A DNA stretch of 64,000 bases from Perkinsus chesapeaki ATCC PRA-425 (Eukaryota > Protista > Perkinsozoa): the NCBI GenBank assembly GCA_013115145.1, contig JAAPAO010000110.1, forward strand, positions 1 to 64,000, given 5' to 3'. The notes beneath the pieces were generated by a model, which saw nothing but the letters and a program-made list of their open reading frames with translations, did no database searches and was not told the DNA's origin. The translations under genes and the position numbers were made by a program. Positions 60,631-64,000 of the stretch are shown one piece after another. Numbering within the stretch: the first letter of the stretch is position 1; the number at the start of each line of letters is the position of its first letter.

Positions 60631-61363
60631 GGATGGTATCCTAGGTTGATCCTAGGATCAACCATTACTGGCAGGCATCGATGACAGTGTCACTGTCACA
60701 TTTGGGGAGTATCCAATTTTAGGAAAGAATATTTAAAATTACTCTTGTAGAAAATTTATTTTATGAAGGACCATTTCGGGAAGACCGGAGGAGGCCCGAT
60801 CGATGCCAAACCATCTAATCTCGATTTCCACAATCTCCACGGATTCCTTTCCAGCACTTCCCGCCAAACCCGACAAAAACTCCTCCACCGTGCCCGGATT
60901 CCATAGCGATTTGACAGTAGTTGTTACAGGTACTAATGTGCCCGTTCTCTCACCGTAATAGAGTCTTATCCGCCATCGAGAGCACCTCTCTTCCATACAT
61001 TCGATGATGCTCTGGCTTACGTGCCTTACTGACCTTCCATGGCCGATTCCAACGCCATGGCGAGTCTTGTGACAATAGACGCCTTGAACGCCTCAGAAGA
61101 CCACCACCACTACTACAGTAGGAAGAGGAGGAGGCCATGAAGCCGAAAAAAGTAACTACTACGCCGATGAAGACGGACCGTGCAGCCAGCAGCGTCCGCT
61201 TACCATTGTGGTATCAGTTCGATCTACAACACTGTGCTCGACTCCACTGTACCCCAAATTCATAGCTCATAAACTCTGATCGATTGAGCTCTTCTAAACA
61301 ATAGAAACGGTTTCTAGATTCATTTCGGAAAGGAGACAGCAGGTAATTGTGTCACTTAGGAAT

Positions 61364-62182
61364 TTACTTCTCCTTCTTCTCTTCAGCTTTCTCCGCAGTA
61401 GGCTCCGACTCACCAGCCTTCTCCTCCTCTTCTTCCTTGGCCTTCTTTTGCTCAGCCTCTATACGTTGGGCTTCATCCACTGTCCAGGTTGCTACTGCCT
61501 AATAAAGAAGTGTCATCTAGTGTAATTAATTATTCTTTATTACGACTAAGCCAATGAGCAGAAGAATAAATCCAATGACAAGGTTGAAGGGGAGCTCCCA
61601 TTTGGGGAGGAACCAGAGGTAGACGAGGCATATCTGATAAGACAAGATAACATTGTAACACAGATAACCGACCAATCCTTTATAATACTTCATAATAGCG
61701 ATACACCCTTTAGGCGAACTGGACACTCGGAAGATCTCGTGAGCCCAGATCGGCCCCTATCCACTGTAGAATTGTATTATCACTGACGTGGATGATGAAA
61801 GGCGCGAACCAAGGTAGACTGTTAAGGCCACCATTCAGATACGATATTGATTGAAATTTTACGCCTCGAAATAGCTGCTTCGGAGTAACCAAGTGATACC
61901 CTTCCCTATTACACAGATAAGAGCTCCTACTATTCGACGGATAAACTTGAGGAGGTCCTCAGCCCCGTTGATGCCCAATACCTAACGAAAGCGAATGGGC
62001 AGGATTACGGACAGTATAAGGCGAACCTCGTCCAAAAGGTCTCCCAAACTCATCGATTTCTCTTCCTTTTTCTCGACAGCTCCATCGTCAGCCTTGGTCT
62101 CCTCCTCCACCACAGCTTCCTTCTTGGGCTCCTCCTCCTTGGCGGCGGTTGAGGAAGCCTTTGCGGTCTTCTTGATAGACAT
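61364..62182 (-). CDS. Hypothetical membrane protein with charged termini, multi-exon
   Basis: E/K-rich N- and C-terminal exons flanking a hydrophobic exon (VYLWFLPKWELPFNLVIGFILLLIG). Confidence 0.4.
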
Positions 62183-63420
62183 TACTTACGTTAGGAACAA
62201 AAACGTACTGATAATAAGGAGTTCCCGTAGCTTACTGCACGAGATGATCTCGAGATTATTTCAATTTGTATCATGAAGCTTTATAATACGGTTTTAAAAG
62301 TATTATTTATGCCATATTTTGGAGGAAACCTTTGAAAGTTTTTTTGAGTTTCACGAATCGAATGCATCCTGAGTAACACAACTCCCCGATCATCAACAGC
62401 CAAGACTACTGTTTTCATGCTCAATCGAACATGAGGCTGGTGTCTGCCCGGAACCTGTCTAGTTGACTGCGGCTGGCAACTAAGTTGGGCATTCTAGGGT
62501 TCTGTGCTACTGTATACCTGCAATAAAAGCCGCCCCTTAGAATCGAACGAAAGACATTTAATTGCGATCACGGCGCTCTCCCAGCTGAGCTAAAGTTACT
62601 ACGTCTGTTCGGGATGGTAATAATGCCCGCCGTATTCTCTATTCGATAAACTCCAGCGCCCCAACTGGCTGTAGGCCAGCATCGGATGAACGTCATTCGC
62701 CGTAGACCAGTGGCCGTATCTAAGGTCGAAGCATGCATCACTCGCATCCACTCAACGTAGCCTACTCGTTCCCTTCCCCATAGTGGTGCTTCGGATACCC
62801 TTGTTCTCGACCACCCAGGAGCTCTCCTGCGGCAGGGCCCGGGATGGTGAGCTCCCACCCTAAACTTCGCTCATGTCATTCAGTATGGGCCATGAGTAAT
62901 ACCTCCAATAGTCATCCGAGGCTTCCCTACAACCCGGGCTGCGTCTCGCCTCCTGGCTGAGCTGGCTATGCTTCCAGATCTTGATGAGGCCGGCATTGAG
63001 CTGGAGCGACTACGATTGGTTCGGCCTGAATAAGGACAAGAGTGCGAGAGAATTGATTGTTGTCCACTGCTGACGCATGCTTCATTGGGTAGAACGGGTA
63101 TCGAATAGAGGCAAACCGCCGGAAAAATAGAAAATATGCGTTGATTTCTTACCGCTGCTTGGACACTGATTGGCTAGTCTAGCAGAGGGGGTTGGTGATG
63201 GTGCAAAAGGGACAATTCTACGCTCATAGACCTCCGGCATGTGGCTTGCTGGTATCCTATGCATTAAGGAAATGGGAAAAGATCCAAGTTGGTAAGAACT
63301 GCAGAGATTTGCATTTATTCTCGGCAGATGGAACAGAGTGTCAAGCTGAGCAAAAACGAAGACGGTCGATACGCTGCATAGTTACTTCACTCAGCTATGA
63401 ACCGTAGAGACTTTTTCAGT

Positions 63421-63493
63421 GGTCTCGTGGCCTAATGGATAAGGCGTTGGTCTTCGGAACCAAAGATTGTGGGTTCGAGTCCCACCGAGATCG
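63421..63493 (+). tRNA. tRNA-Arg(TCG), 73 nt
   Basis: GGTCTCG-TG-GCCTAATGGATAAGGC-G-TTGGT-CTTCGGA-ACCAA-AGATT-GTGGG-TTCGAGT-CCCAC-CGAGATC-G followed by a TTTTT terminator; complete cloverleaf. Confidence 0.97.
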
Positions 63494-63707
63494 TTTTTAT
63501 CAGCGAGATATTTAAATCCTGTCACAGGTTACTTGTGGTGAAGGGTTGAGTCGTAAAAAGATCTCTTGACCCGCAGTATCATCATGGTCAACAAGGAGCA
63601 ACGAACTACGTAGACCCAACGCAAGCACCTATTGTTCGATAACACCCTTCGGCAGATAATAGGATTAAAACATGCTCTCAAAAATCGGAGTATTCAGATT
63701 TTAAGCT

Positions 63708-63998
63708 TCACATCTTCCCTTCTACTATTTGTTGGATAAGAGAAAGTAAACAGGTGGGGACAAGACACAACGAGACAATGAACAATGATTTTGACAAGTA
63801 GTATCGGAAGTCTCTTTCCCTTCCGTCATAAGCGACCATTCGGCAATAGAGATAAGTCGGCATAATAAAGGCCACCGTATTGGAGCCTACAATACCGACA
63901 AAACTGAAGGTTACCCCTAAAGACCGGACAAGTATAGCCGTACCAACCGAAAAGACTTGACATAAAATCGATACAACAGCGGCGCCAACACCAGAGTC
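63708..63998 (-). CDS. Amino-acid transporter (AAAP/SLC38-like) C-terminal part, runs off the window
   Basis: LGVTFSFVGIVGSNTVAFIMPTYLYCRM followed by a final hydrophobic helix and TGA at 63708. Confidence 0.6.
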   Translation of the reverse strand, partial: DSGVGAAVVSILCQVFSVGTAILVRSLGVTFSFVGIVGSNTVAFIMPTYLYCRMVAYDGRERDFRYYLSKSLFIVSLCLVPTCLLSLIQQIVEGKM

Positions 63999-64000
63999 GT

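Noticed and set aside
62560-63030. Possible non-LTR retroelement remnant
   Set aside because: No RT, endonuclease or RNase H motif could be identified.

Overview
Gene-dense, intron-rich eukaryotic genomic DNA with mostly 40-65 nt GT-AG introns. The architecture and gene content are consistent with a Perkinsus-like alveolate; this is an inference, not a database result. Recognisable genes: a CPA1 Na+/H+ exchanger, a long ELM2...PHD chromatin gene (possibly one locus), TGS1, a PAM2-motif protein, a truncated subtilase, PAC2/PSMG2, Clp1, WDR82 (with a Tc1/mariner relic in a 2-kb intron), AK6, NFX1, three tandem sphingomyelin/IPC-synthase-like paralogs, two disrupted GH18 chitinase-like genes, tRNA-Leu(CAG) inside an intron, and tRNA-Arg(TCG). 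The most striking unexplained pattern is that at least eight spliceosomal introns contain, or mostly consist of, tRNA 3'-halves: variable loop, T-arm/B-box, acceptor 3' strand, discriminator base, then oligo-T. They occur in both orientations, carry different acceptor strands, have no CCA and no 5'-half, and two paralogs carry different fragments at the same intron position. A second recurrent pattern is near-perfect snap-back palindromes with 1-nt spacers, one of which frameshifts a gene. Exon boundaries were read by eye and gene ends are approximate unless stated.
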